A stretch of 64,000 nt of DNA from Planctomycetota bacterium (GTDB lineage: Bacteria; Planctomycetota; Planctomycetia; Pirellulales; Lacipirellulaceae), in the NCBI GenBank assembly GCA_039190745.1, contig JBCCXZ010000013.1, positions 1-64,000 on the forward strand, given 5' to 3'. The position numbers and the translations under genes are program-made. Positions 30,171-42,008 of the stretch are shown here, piece by piece (positions within the stretch are counted from its first letter, which is position 1; each line of letters opens with the position of its first letter). A model generated the notes under the pieces. The model was not told the DNA's origin and did not search any database. It worked only from the letters and a program-made list of their open reading frames with translations.

Positions 30171-30370
30171 GTCCGTTGAGCCGCAAACCTCTCCAAGAAG
30201 GACCTACGTAAACGCCCACACTGCATAGTGGGATTGCATTTACGTCGATCTGCAATAGAATCCGTCGTTTCGACGCCCCGCGTCGTCAATCATTACTGCC
30301 GCCCGGGTTCGGCTGTCAAGTAGCCGACCCAAGGAACCACCCCAGCGGCCCTGCTCCTCGGAATCTTTCC

Positions 30371-32653
30371 ATGGCTAGCCCGTTTACCTATTTCCGCAAG
30401 TATCAGAAGGTCTTCTTGGCAGTTGCTGGTGTCCTCGCGATCGTTGTTTTTGTCTTTGCAGACGCTCTGTCTAATCTCGTCGTCTCCGCCGCCGGGGGCG
30501 ACGCGGGCGCGGGCAAAAGCATCGTGGCGTCGTGGAATGGCGGCGAGCTGACCGAGAGGAAGTTCGCCCGCTTGGTGCAGCGGCGCAGCTTCGTGAGCAG
30601 CGTGCTGCAGCGGCTGCAGATGACCGGCGTGCAACGGGTGTACGAGGCTGGGCAAGAGCCGACCGAGCCCAGCGTGCCCAATTTTGTGATCCCGGAACAG
30701 ACCGACATCAATCGTCTGCAGCAGGAGGTGGTCAACACCCACGTCATGGCAGACTTGGCCCAAGAGGCGGGCATGACCGTCTCTGACGGGGTGATCTTGC
30801 ACTACCTGCAGCAGATGGGTTTTGAACGTGTGGAGGAATCGGAGATCCCGGCGATCTTGGAAGCGGCCCCCCTGCAGGCCTCGGCACAGTTCAAAGAGAA
30901 CTGGCTCTTTGCGGGGCTCCGTGAGCTGCTGCTGGCCGACCAGTACACGCGGACGTTTGGTTCGGCGATTGCCACGCCGATGCCGATGGAGCGTTGGATC
31001 GATTGGACCTCGGTCAACGAACGGGTGGCGGTGGAGGCCGCGGTGATTCCGGCGGACACGCTGCTCGCGGAAGTGCCGGAGCCTACCGATGCGGAGGTCG
31101 CGGCCTTCTACGACGAACACAAAGAGAGACTAGCGGGCGTGCCGGACATTATCGGCCGTCGCGAACTCCCCGCGGCCACCCCCGGGTTCCGACGCCCGGA
31201 ACGGGTCGTGCTGAAATACCTGGTGGGCGACCCGGTCGAGTGGAGCCAGAAGTACATCGACGAGATCACCGACGAAGAGATCGCGGACTACTACGAGCGG
31301 AACAAACGCTCTGAGTTTGTGATGACCGACTTCGGCTCGGACTTCGCCACGGAGTTTGACGACGACCTCTTCATGGATGAAGGAGAAGGTGAGGAAGAGG
31401 GAGAGCCGGCTGAAGAAGCCGCCCCTGAGGGAGACGTGGAAGGCGAAGAAGCGGCCGAGGCCGAGTCGGGCGTGACGGAAGAGCCCGCCGCCGAAGCTGC
31501 CGATACAGAAGCCGTCGCTGAAGAGGCGGCAACCGAGGAAGAGGAAGAAGAGGAGGAGGCCGACGCCTCTGACGAATCCGCGGACGAGAGCCCCTCCGGC
31601 GAAGGCGAGGGCGAGAGTGCCGACGGAGCGAACGCGGCCGAAGAGGGCGACGCCGCGGCAGACGAAGACGTGAAGTATCAGCCGCTGGAGGAGGTGGCCG
31701 ACCAGATCCGGGCCCGCTTGGCCAACGACCGGGCCGTGGTGGAACTGGAGAAAGTCGCCCAAGGGGCCTATTCCAAACTCAAGAAGAGCTACAGCCGTTA
31801 CGGGCTGGCCGTTGTTGAGGCCCAAGCGGCGGGCGAGCCGGCCCCCGAGCCCCCGGCCGAGTTGCAGGACCTTTCGGCGCTCGCGAAAGAGACGGGCCTG
31901 ACGATCGAAGAGACCCTGCCGCTCTCGCAGCTCGGCGTCCGCGATACGCCGGTGGGGCTGGCGGTCGACACCCGGACGGGCGATCGGTTGATCGTGCAAG
32001 CGGTGTTCGGCAAGCGCGGGACCGACCTGTACGAGCCGATCCTGGGGCGGTCGCAGTTCGACGGCATCTGGTACATCACCCTAAAGACCACGCAGACGCC
32101 CGATACGGTGCCGCCGCTCGAAGAAATCCGCGACGAGGTTGTCGAGGAATGGAAAGCCAAACGTGCGGGCGAGCTGGCGCTCGAGCGGGCGAAGAAACTC
32201 GCTTCGGATGCCGAACAGTCTTCGCAGACACTTGAGCAGATTGCTGAGGCGAACGGCTTGGAAGTGGTGACCACCGACCTGTTTAGTCGGCTCACGCTGG
32301 GTACGGCCCAGAGTGAGCTGCAACGCGGGGCCCGGTTGGGCGAGGCGCCGCCCCTGCAGGACGTGGGCCAGCAGTTCTTGGACGACGTCTTCGGGCTGGT
32401 TGGCGATTCGGTCGGCGGAACGCACAACCACGACCAGAGCGCGGCCTACGTGGTGCGTGTTGCCCAGCGGGAGAGCACCGAAGCGGGGCTTCGGAGCCGG
32501 TTCCTCCGCGAAGCGAACACCTGGAGCGGCGCCATGCCGATGATGCGGGCGCGTCTGGGGGCGACCCAGCGAAACGTGGTGCAGAAGCTGCTCGCCGACC
32601 GGGCCGGGCTCGACCTCGAGCAGGTGGCGCGGGCGCTGCAGCCGCGGGAGTAG
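30371..32653 (+). CDS. Membrane-anchored periplasmic protein, SurA-N/PpiD-like chaperone candidate, with a long acidic insert
   Basis: N-terminal anchor 'FRKYQKVFLAVAGVLAIVVF', 'TDAEVAAFYDEHKE', 'TDEEIADYYERNK', 'PLEEVADQIR', 'PLEEIRDEVVEEWK' resemble PpiD/SurA-N segments. Confidence 0.6.
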   Translation: MASPFTYFRKYQKVFLAVAGVLAIVVFVFADALSNLVVSAAGGDAGAGKSIVASWNGGELTERKFARLVQRRSFVSSVLQRLQMTGVQRVYEAGQEPTEPSVPNFVIPEQTDINRLQQEVVNTHVMADLAQEAGMTVSDGVILHYLQQMGFERVEESEIPAILEAAPLQASAQFKENWLFAGLRELLLADQYTRTFGSAIATPMPMERWIDWTSVNERVAVEAAVIPADTLLAEVPEPTDAEVAAFYDEHKERLAGVPDIIGRRELPAATPGFRRPERVVLKYLVGDPVEWSQKYIDEITDEEIADYYERNKRSEFVMTDFGSDFATEFDDDLFMDEGEGEEEGEPAEEAAPEGDVEGEEAAEAESGVTEEPAAEAADTEAVAEEAATEEEEEEEEADASDESADESPSGEGEGESADGANAAEEGDAAADEDVKYQPLEEVADQIRARLANDRAVVELEKVAQGAYSKLKKSYSRYGLAVVEAQAAGEPAPEPPAELQDLSALAKETGLTIEETLPLSQLGVRDTPVGLAVDTRTGDRLIVQAVFGKRGTDLYEPILGRSQFDGIWYITLKTTQTPDTVPPLEEIRDEVVEEWKAKRAGELALERAKKLASDAEQSSQTLEQIAEANGLEVVTTDLFSRLTLGTAQSELQRGARLGEAPPLQDVGQQFLDDVFGLVGDSVGGTHNHDQSAAYVVRVAQRESTEAGLRSRFLREANTWSGAMPMMRARLGATQRNVVQKLLADRAGLDLEQVARALQPRE

Positions 32654-32674
32654 GGCTTCTCAAAACAGCAAACA

Positions 32675-32700
32675 CGGGGCCCCGAAGCGTCGGGGCCCCG
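32675..32700. terminator. Likely bidirectional intrinsic terminator between convergent genes
   Basis: 11-bp stem cggggccccga/tcggggccccg, 4-nt loop, A-rich left flank and T-containing right flank. Confidence 0.75.
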
Positions 32701-32739
32701 CGTGCGTTGCTTTCTGCTCTCGGCTTCGGCTCTCGTCGC

Positions 32740-34959
<2,220 letters not shown>

Positions 34960-35059
34960 GATTCGTCTTCCTGATACTACTGTTTTAGTCGAAATCGACT
35001 GGGGCGGGGGGTTTTTCTTAGGCCGGGCTGGTACGCGTCGGCGACTAAAAGCTGTGCGA

Positions 35060-35755
35060 CTAAAGGCTGTGCGGCAGCAGCGGTGCCATGAGTGCGGCCG
35101 CTCCGTGCAGGAACTGTTTCGCGACGGCTGCTCCGGTGAGTCGCTTGCTTCGCTCGGGTCGATCCTGCCGACGCTGGGGTGTGCGTCGACGCCTTGCGGC
35201 GAGACCTTCGGAAGGCGTCGCGGCGGCGCTCCGGCGCCCGGTACGGGGCGAGCACTTGTCTTGTGGTTCTTGAGCGGCTGCTGGAGGGGTCGCGTCGCCG
35301 GCTTCGTTGCAAAGCGGTTGGCGGTCTTTCGCGGGCTCGGACTCCGCCGTGCGTTGGTTCGTCTCGCACCGGAAGGGTCGGCACTCGACGGCGTGGATCT
35401 GCATCGCGCGGTCGAGCCGCCGCCAGAGATCGTGGTCCTTCACGGGGACGCGCCGGCCGAAGTGCTCCCAGTGGAAGTCGCCCTCACGCCACTGGCCGAG
35501 GCCGGACTGCAGCCCGCGCCACACGTAGCGGCTGGTCGTAACCAGAGTGACCCGCGCGGGGCCGTCGAGCGCTTCCAAACCGCGGACGACGGACAACAGC
35601 TCCGCGCGTTCGGGCGACTCGTTGGGCTCCTCGTCCCATGCCGAGAGCCGCTCGTCGGAGGCGAGGTCCTCCAGGACGAAGCGCCAGAGCGACGCGCGTT
35701 CGCCGCAGGGGGCGGCCTCGGAGAGCAGCAAGAAGTGGCTGCCGGTGTTCTGCAT
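35060..35755 (-). CDS. RNase H-like domain protein, probably catalytically degenerate, with a disordered tail
   Basis: '[31 protein letters not shown]', '[12 protein letters not shown]' align with the RNase HI core. Confidence 0.65.
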   Translation of the reverse strand: MQNTGSHFLLLSEAAPCGERASLWRFVLEDLASDERLSAWDEEPNESPERAELLSVVRGLEALDGPARVTLVTTSRYVWRGLQSGLGQWREGDFHWEHFGRRVPVKDHDLWRRLDRAMQIHAVECRPFRCETNQRTAESEPAKDRQPLCNEAGDATPPAAAQEPQDKCSPRTGRRSAAATPSEGLAARRRRTPQRRQDRPERSKRLTGAAVAKQFLHGAAALMAPLLPHSL

Positions 35756-36011
35756 AACGCTCTCGGGACGCAATGCGCGAGAACGTTGCCCGCCTTGCCG
35801 GCAGGCAATCCAGATCCGTCGCGTTCCGCAGTGTGGGGAGGTCGACGCGCGTCCGAGCGGCGAGGCGATGCGGGCAGCACCGCCTACAGAAGCCTATCGG
35901 AAAGGTTTACGCAGTCACTCCAGCTTATCAGCAACAGAATTGGCGACTGAATTGGAAGCCGAGCAGGCAAATGGGTTGAGGCCCGTGGATGATTACCACG
36001 AGCTGGCTTCC

Positions 36012-36081
36012 AGGCAGCCTCTCTGAGGCCGATCGCGGTTCGGTCCTCAGGGCGGAATCGGCCTCGGAGAGGCCTCCTACA
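36012..36081. repeat. REP doublet (REPIN-like) family A, copy 1
   Basis: Right arm (minus strand) reads gtaggaggcctctccgaggccgat. Left arm is degenerate: aggcagcctctctgaggccgat. Confidence 0.75.
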
Positions 36082-36122
36082 GAAGCACCGAAGAAGAGCC
36101 CCCCACCCTTGTTCCGGCTACC

Positions 36123-36377
36123 CTACCGGGGTGGACGGCGGTTGTGTTGCTCGGCGACGAGTTCCGCGAGTCGGCGGCGTTGGGCGGCGGTGGCGTTGCC
36201 GTCGAGCACCGACCACGTCAGGCGGTTGATCTCGTTCTCGACGCTCTCCGGGGCCTGGTGGGCCTCCGGGGCCTTGTGAGCCTGGTCACGGCGGGCGTGC
36301 TCTCTGGAGAGAGCTGGGGTTTCCTCTCGCGACGGCTCCAGCCGCGGCGATTGGTTTGTTTCTAAGGGAGCGATCAT
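36123..36377 (-). CDS. Small hypothetical protein
   Basis: ATG at 36377 with upstream AGGTG. C-terminal helical segment 'EINRLTWSVLDGNATAAQRRRLAELV'. Confidence 0.45.
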   Translation of the reverse strand: MIAPLETNQSPRLEPSREETPALSREHARRDQAHKAPEAHQAPESVENEINRLTWSVLDGNATAAQRRRLAELVAEQHNRRPPR

Positions 36378-36799
36378 CGTAACACCTGTTTGGCTCGCTG
36401 AGATTCCGTTACGCGCCGGTGCGTCTGCTATTGCGTATGCAACCGGCGTACCCACCGAGGGCGTCCTGGCCGAAGCAACTCCTAAGTTCCGGCGTTGCAT
36501 GCACTTCCGAGCCCTCCGCGCGTACTTCCATGCTCGGTCCTCTTTGAGACACCCCGAAGGCCGCCAGAGTTCAAGGCAATCGGTGCATTCGATCGATGCA
36601 GCGTCTCAGAACGCTGAATCAAAGGGTTGTAGCGGATTTGCGGCTGTCCGCTGGTCTCGGCCCCACCTTGAAGGCACTCGCGGGGCGCAGCGGCCGCCGT
36701 CAGACCTAGAGTTGTCATGCTCCAAAGAGTTGAAGTACTTGCACATCCATTTGCGCTATCGAGACAAGAACCCCATGTTCCTGAAAGCGGCGTCCTACT

Positions 36800-37189
36800 A
36801 TGCAATTCGGGCTGTTTCTCATTCACCGTCGGGTGATATCGCGTAGCGATTTCGTCCACGCTCTCGAAGTTCAAATGGCGTCCCGGCCCCAAATCGGCCG
36901 GCTTGCGCTCGAGAAAGAACTCCTCTCGGTTTCTCAGGTCTTCCAAGTCCTGAACGCACAGAGCGATATGCCCGATGAGATGTTCGGGGAGCTGGCGATC
37001 GAGTGCGGCATGATGACCGAAGCCGATCTGAAAGAGCTGCTGGACCTGCAGTCGGACCAGACGAAGCCGATGTCGCAGGTGCTTGTCGACCTGGGCTACC
37101 TGACGCCCGAGCAGGCCGGGGAAGAGAAGGCCGAGTACCGCAAGGCGATGGAGAACCTGGGGATCGGCGAGACGACCTCGGTCCTCTAG
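36800..37189 (+). CDS. Stand-alone protein of four MshEN-like repeats
   Basis: Repeats 'FGLFLI..RVIS....ALEVQ', 'IGRLAL..ELLS....VLNAQ', 'FGELAI..GMMT....LLDLQ', 'MSQVLV..GYLT'. Confidence 0.7.
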   Translation: MQFGLFLIHRRVISRSDFVHALEVQMASRPQIGRLALEKELLSVSQVFQVLNAQSDMPDEMFGELAIECGMMTEADLKELLDLQSDQTKPMSQVLVDLGYLTPEQAGEEKAEYRKAMENLGIGETTSVL

Positions 37190-37202
37190 CGGTCGGGCTG
37201 CG

Positions 37203-38549
37203 TTACGCTTGCTCGCTCAGGTCGACGGCTTCCCCGAGCATCTTAGCGACCAGAGCTTTGTCGGGGCCGTCGGCCCCAAACGCTTCGGCAATCCGCGGGT
37301 GGACGAACACGCGGACCCGTTTGACGTAGTCGTCGAACTGTTCTTTGGCCAACGCCCGGACCATGGGCGACACCTCGCCGAGAGGGAGGTAGGCGTCTTC
37401 TGAGCGGTAGTAGACCTCGGTGTTGAACTGCACCTCGAGCCCTGCGGGCGGGGCGTCGATCAGCACGTCGGTCGCCGAGGCCTTCATGCCTGTGTGTTCG
37501 GCGACGAGCGACGCCAACGCTTCGGAGCAAGCCGCGAGGTCGGAGTAAGAGCGTCGCCGCAGGCGGGAGTAGACATCGGGGGATTCAAAAAGGCTGTACT
37601 GCCCCACGCACTTGTAAAGAACGCGGCCGCCGAACAGGCCGTCGTAGAGAACTCGGTTGTCGGGGTCTTCGATCAGCCCAGCGAGGATCGGCGGGAGCGA
37701 GGCGTCGGTCGAGCGGAACACGTCGTCCCAGGGCAGCCGGTCGGCGAGGTTGTAGACCAGGCGTTGGAGCATCGCCGTGGCAGAACGCACGGTCTTGTGC
37801 CAATAGACTTCGCTGAACATGACGTACCGGGCGAACACCATGCTCTCGGCGGCCGTCTTGCCCTTGTCGGTGATGGCGAGCCCGTTGCCCGCTTCGTTCA
37901 GGCACAGGCTCTGCACGAGCCGAGGCACGTCGAGGTGCCGGCCGTAGGGGACGCCGGCGTGGAGGCTGTCGCGGGTGAGGTAGTCGATCTTGTCGATGTC
38001 GATGGGCCCCGAGAGCATGCTGCCCAGGATCGAGCCCGCGGGGTCGCCCCGCTCGCCGGCGAGCAACGCGGAGACCTCCGCCGCCTGAAGGCCCCAGTCT
38101 TCTTCGAGCGCTGCGGCGAGTGGTTCGGCGGCGAGCAGGCCTGCGGCGAGCGTTTCGTGCTCGGGCACTCCAGGCAGGTCGAGGTCTTCGATGGGGTGGC
38201 AGTAGGGCCAGTGTGCGACGTCGTGCAGCAAGGCGGCCGCAAGGAAAAGTTCTCCGTCTCGGGGGTCGACTACTTCGCGGAAGGCTTGCTGCGTGGAGAG
38301 TCGGTCGAGAAACAACAGGGCCGTGCGGTATGCTCCGAGCGAGTGCTCGAAGCGGCTGTGGGTGGCTCCGGGGTAGACGGTGCGGACCAGCCCGAGTTGG
38401 CTGACGCCCGCGAGCCGTTGGAACTGGGGGGTCTCGATCAGCCGACGCACACGCGGCGTCGTAGGAACGTCGGCGTCCGGAGGGATACGGACGATCTGCG
38501 CCCCGGAGCGGAGGGCCGCCAGTTCGGGGATGTCTGCCAGACGCGTCAT
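37203..38549 (-). CDS. HD-domain phosphohydrolase (dNTP triphosphohydrolase/SAMHD1-like)
   Basis: 'FQRL...QLG....YPGATHSRFEHSLG', 'LLHDVAH', 'DIDKIDYL.RD', 'VYWHKTVR'. Confidence 0.88.
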   Translation of the reverse strand: MTRLADIPELAALRSGAQIVRIPPDADVPTTPRVRRLIETPQFQRLAGVSQLGLVRTVYPGATHSRFEHSLGAYRTALLFLDRLSTQQAFREVVDPRDGELFLAAALLHDVAHWPYCHPIEDLDLPGVPEHETLAAGLLAAEPLAAALEEDWGLQAAEVSALLAGERGDPAGSILGSMLSGPIDIDKIDYLTRDSLHAGVPYGRHLDVPRLVQSLCLNEAGNGLAITDKGKTAAESMVFARYVMFSEVYWHKTVRSATAMLQRLVYNLADRLPWDDVFRSTDASLPPILAGLIEDPDNRVLYDGLFGGRVLYKCVGQYSLFESPDVYSRLRRRSYSDLAACSEALASLVAEHTGMKASATDVLIDAPPAGLEVQFNTEVYYRSEDAYLPLGEVSPMVRALAKEQFDDYVKRVRVFVHPRIAEAFGADGPDKALVAKMLGEAVDLSEQA

Positions 38550-38573
38550 CCGAGGCCTCCGGTGCGGGCGCGG

Positions 38574-39287
38574 CTAAGCCCCGCCGAGTTGCAGCCCCGG
38601 CAGGACCGTCAGCCCCATCACGGCCCGGAGCAGCACGGTTGCCAACAGGTAGAGCGCGTAGTGGAAGAAGCCGGTGGTCATGTCGAGGTCGAAGCACACC
38701 AACGCGGCTCCGGCGCCCACCAGGGCGATCGGGATGATCATGCTGCCGACCCACATTGGCGCGAGGCCTGCTTCGAGCTGGTCGGGCCCGAACATCTGGT
38801 TCGCGACGAACAAGTAGACGCCCCAGAGCAATGCGTAGATCAGACCGCAGGCGAGCGATCGCACCGCGACATCGGTTCCGGTGTAGGCGCCCAGTTCGGG
38901 GTCTTTGAGGAACGAGTACCCGGCGTAGGCCAGCGGCGGCCCGAGCAACACGGCTCCGGTGGTAAGCACCCAGAAGAGGTTGTCTCCCAGGTCGCTGTTC
39001 CGTAAGAGCCACGCGATCGCTACGGAGAGGATCACCAAGCCGGCGGTCACGGCGAAGACGTTCAGGCTGAACTTGGCTTCCTTGCGGCGGATCGGCTTGA
39101 GGACCGACTTGCCCTTTGAGTCGACCGCCCCCGGCTCGGGCTCGGGGGCGTGGATGACGACCTGGTCTTCGAGCTTGGGGATCTCGATCGACGCCTTGCA
39201 CTTTGGGCAGGGGCCGGTCTTGCCGGCGTGCTGGTCGCCCACCGTGAACCGGGCATGACAACTGGGGCAGGTGACGTTGATAGCCAT
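38574..39287 (-). CDS. Zinc-ribbon membrane protein
   Basis: N-terminal 'VTCPSC...GPCPKC' followed by about 5 TM helices. Confidence 0.75.
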   Translation of the reverse strand: MAINVTCPSCHARFTVGDQHAGKTGPCPKCKASIEIPKLEDQVVIHAPEPEPGAVDSKGKSVLKPIRRKEAKFSLNVFAVTAGLVILSVAIAWLLRNSDLGDNLFWVLTTGAVLLGPPLAYAGYSFLKDPELGAYTGTDVAVRSLACGLIYALLWGVYLFVANQMFGPDQLEAGLAPMWVGSMIIPIALVGAGAALVCFDLDMTTGFFHYALYLLATVLLRAVMGLTVLPGLQLGGA

Positions 39288-39339
39288 TCGCGGTTGGTGC
39301 GGGGTCGGTGGCGGCTGGTGACGAGCGGGCGCCGGCGCG

Positions 39340-39831
39340 TTAGTCGGTGTGTTTCAGGTCGTCTTCGTTGATCGCCAGGAAGCCCTTCGACTCGAGCGTG
39401 TCGAGCGCGATGTCGATGTTGTCGACCATCAGCGCGACCACCGGCAGGTCGTGCGGGCGTGCGATTACCGGGTAGACCTGCGAGATGTTCACCTCGGCCT
39501 GCAGCAGCGCCGTGCAGACCTGCAAGAGCGGCTGCGGACCCTCGGGCAGTTCGACCGCGATGAGGTCGGACTCGACGATGGCCAGACCGGCGCGTTCGAG
39601 AACCTCCCGCCCTTGTTCGGGGTCGCTCAGCAGGAACCGCACCACAGCGCACTCGGTGGAGTCACTGATCGTCAGGGCGACGATACGGACGTTGCTGCCC
39701 TCGAACCTGCGGACCACCTCGAGTAGCTGTCCGACGCGGTTCTCCAGGAAGACGGTGAACTGCCGGATCGAGGGGTAGTCCCGTCCGTGGAGGGTGGCGA
39801 AGCCGCTGCCGGCTCCTTCGCCGCTGCTCAT
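39340..39831 (-). CDS. Tandem ACT domain protein
   Basis: 'IRQFTVFLENRVGQL...NVRIVALTI', second ACT 'AEVNISQVY'. Confidence 0.85.
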   Translation of the reverse strand: MSSGEGAGSGFATLHGRDYPSIRQFTVFLENRVGQLLEVVRRFEGSNVRIVALTISDSTECAVVRFLLSDPEQGREVLERAGLAIVESDLIAVELPEGPQPLLQVCTALLQAEVNISQVYPVIARPHDLPVVALMVDNIDIALDTLESKGFLAINEDDLKHTD

Positions 39832-40083
39832 GCGTTGCTCCTAGGACACCCTTTTCCAGCCCGCTTCGCAGGAAACTCTCTGGAAAGCTATAGGTCTGGA
39901 GAGCCTCGGGGGCCGGCCCTGACTCGTGGTTTGCCGAGGGCGGTTGCCCTCTAATCCGGGGAGTATACGGCTCAGCGTGGGCGGTTGCAACGTTCGCGGC
40001 GCGGGGGCCGGTTGGCCCCCAAAGCGGCATGGGATACGATCCACGACCCAGCCGACCAGCCAGATGCCCACCGACGGATCGCT

Positions 40084-40479
40084 ATGCAACACGAAATCGA
40101 GATCGAGGTCCGGTACTACGAGACCGACGGCCAAGGGGTGGTGCACCACGCCAACTACATGCAGTACTTTGAGCTGGCGCGGGTGAAGATGCTGCAGTCA
40201 ATGGGCCACGACTACGCCGACCTCGAGCGAGACGGAGTGTTCTTGGTGGTCCACAGCATCAGCTGCCGGTACCACCGGCCGGCGTTGTTCGGCGACACGC
40301 TGCGCATCGTGACAAAGGTTGCCCGGGCGACCTTTGCCCGTATCGACCACACCTACGAAGTCTTCCGCAACGAAGAGCTGCTGGTCGACGGCAAGAGCAC
40401 GATCGCCTGCATCGACCGCAACGGCAAGATCCGCCGGATTCCTTCGCATGTGCTGGGCGAGCCGGAAGAGCATCTGTAA
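40084..40479 (+). CDS. Acyl-CoA thioesterase (4HBT/YbgC family)
   Basis: 'VRYYETDGQGVVHHANYMQYFELAR'. Confidence 0.9.
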   Translation: MQHEIEIEVRYYETDGQGVVHHANYMQYFELARVKMLQSMGHDYADLERDGVFLVVHSISCRYHRPALFGDTLRIVTKVARATFARIDHTYEVFRNEELLVDGKSTIACIDRNGKIRRIPSHVLGEPEEHL

Positions 40480-40510
40480 AGCCGCGAAGATTCCAAGGGG
40501 GCGTGAGGCG

Positions 40511-41086
40511 ATGGACAAAGTCTTAATGCTGGTGGGCGACTTCGTGGAAGACTACGAAGCGATGTGCCCCCTGCAGATTCTGGAAACGTTCGGCTACCAG
40601 GTCGACACGGTCTGCCCCGAGAAGGGGCCGGGCGACACGGTGGTGACCGCGGTGCACGACTTCGAGGGTCACCAGACCTACTCGGAGAAGCGCGGGCATA
40701 ACTTCCCCGTGACCACAGCTCTTCAGGAGGCGCGGGCGGCGGACTACGCGGCGCTGGTCGTGCCCGGCGGTCGCGCTCCGGAGTACTTGCGGCTGTTCCC
40801 GTCTGTGCTCGATCTGGTGCGTTCGTTCTTCGAGGCGGGTAAACCCGTTGCCGCGACGTGCCATGGGCCGCTGATCCTCGCCGCCGCAGGGGTGCTCGAA
40901 GGCCGTACCTGCCAGGCTTACGTGGCACTGCAACCAGACATCGAGCAGGCCGGAGCGCACTGGGACGCTCCGAACCAAGGCATGAGCAGCGTGTGCGTCG
41001 ACAGGATGCTGGTTACTGCCCCGGCGTGGCCTGCCAACGCGGCTTGGATGCGCGAATTGCTGAAGCTGCTGGGGCACGACCTCTGA
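40511..41086 (+). CDS. DJ-1/PfpI family protein
   Basis: 'GDFVEDYE', 'PGGRAPEYL', nucleophile 'ATCHGP'. Confidence 0.9.
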   Translation: MDKVLMLVGDFVEDYEAMCPLQILETFGYQVDTVCPEKGPGDTVVTAVHDFEGHQTYSEKRGHNFPVTTALQEARAADYAALVVPGGRAPEYLRLFPSVLDLVRSFFEAGKPVAATCHGPLILAAAGVLEGRTCQAYVALQPDIEQAGAHWDAPNQGMSSVCVDRMLVTAPAWPANAAWMRELLKLLGHDL

Positions 41087-41088
41087 TT

Positions 41089-41160
41089 ATGGGAGGGCTC
41101 TCTGAGCCCGAGTTCGGATAGCTAAGTGACCGTAATCGGCCTCGGAGAGGCCCTCCTACA
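41089..41160. repeat. REP doublet family A, copy 2
   Basis: atgggagggctctctgagcccga ... atcggcctcggagaggccctcctaca. Confidence 0.8.
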
Positions 41161-41198
41161 GAAGAGGCTTGTCGCTTCCATCTACTATTCGGCGCAAG

Positions 41199-41235
41199 AA
41201 AAAACCCGGCCGCGGCTTTGGAGGCCGTGACCGGG
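41199..41235 (-). terminator. Intrinsic terminator for the PuuD-like gene
   Basis: A6 run, then stem cccggccgcggc/gccgtgaccggg, about 30 nt after the minus-strand stop. Confidence 0.65.
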
Positions 41236-41264
41236 CGACGGAATTGGTCGGTGGGGCGGAAGGG

Positions 41265-42008
41265 CTAAGCGACGAGCTTCATCGCGTCGGCCGCCTCGGT
41301 GGCGCCGGCGACGAACTCTTCGAAGATCCGCATGTCGAGCGCCGACGCGGTGTCGGCCTCGGGGTGGAACTGCGTGCCGACCGCGAACCAGTCGGGCATG
41401 GCGCTCTCGATGGCCTCGATGACGCCGTCCGGGCAGCGGGCGGTGACCTCGAAGCCGGGCGCCAACTCGTCGACCGCCATGTGGTGCCGGCTGTTCACGC
41501 GGAGCTCGCCGTCGCCGTAGACGCGGTCGATCAACGAGCCGGCAACGATCTCGAGCGTGTGGCGGTGGGCCGGGTCAAGCGGGTCGCGGTGCGGAAGGGC
41601 GGTTGGCATGTCCTCGGGGATGTGGAGCAGCAGGTTGCCGCCCTGCGAGACGTTCAAGAGCTGCATGCCGGCCCCGATCGCGAGGACGGGCAGGCGTTGC
41701 TCGGAGACGACCCGCATCAGCAGCCGGTCGAAGTTCTCCCGCCGCGGGTCTTGCAGCTTGACGGTCGGGTGGAGCATCCAGCCGTCCCGGCGGGGGTCGA
41801 GGTCTGCGCCCCCGACGAACAGGACGCCGTCGAGGCGTTCGAGCACGGCGGCCACGTCGGCTTCGTCGTCGCAGGGCGGGAGGATCACGGGCACGCCGCC
41901 CGCTTTCTGGACCGCGTCGTAGTATCCAGATGAAACGAAGGTGAAGGCCGAGGTGTCTTGCTTGGGGCCTCGGTAGTCGGCGTTAAGTCCAATCAACGGC
42001 TTGGGCAC
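41265..42008 (-). CDS. Peptidase C26 / gamma-glutamyl-GABA hydrolase (PuuD-like) family protein lacking the catalytic Cys
   Basis: 'KPLIGL', 'LDGVLFVGGADLDP', 'LAIGAGMQLLNV', 'VNSRHHMAV', 'GTQFHPE'. GTG start at 42008 with an AGGGA RBS. Confidence 0.85.
   Translation of the reverse strand: MPKPLIGLNADYRGPKQDTSAFTFVSSGYYDAVQKAGGVPVILPPCDDEADVAAVLERLDGVLFVGGADLDPRRDGWMLHPTVKLQDPRRENFDRLLMRVVSEQRLPVLAIGAGMQLLNVSQGGNLLLHIPEDMPTALPHRDPLDPAHRHTLEIVAGSLIDRVYGDGELRVNSRHHMAVDELAPGFEVTARCPDGVIEAIESAMPDWFAVGTQFHPEADTASALDMRIFEEFVAGATEAADAMKLVA

Noticed and set aside
37494..39261. 503-aa (+) and 558-aa (-) ORFs
   Set aside because: They overlap the well-supported HD-domain and zinc-ribbon genes, so they are shadow frames.
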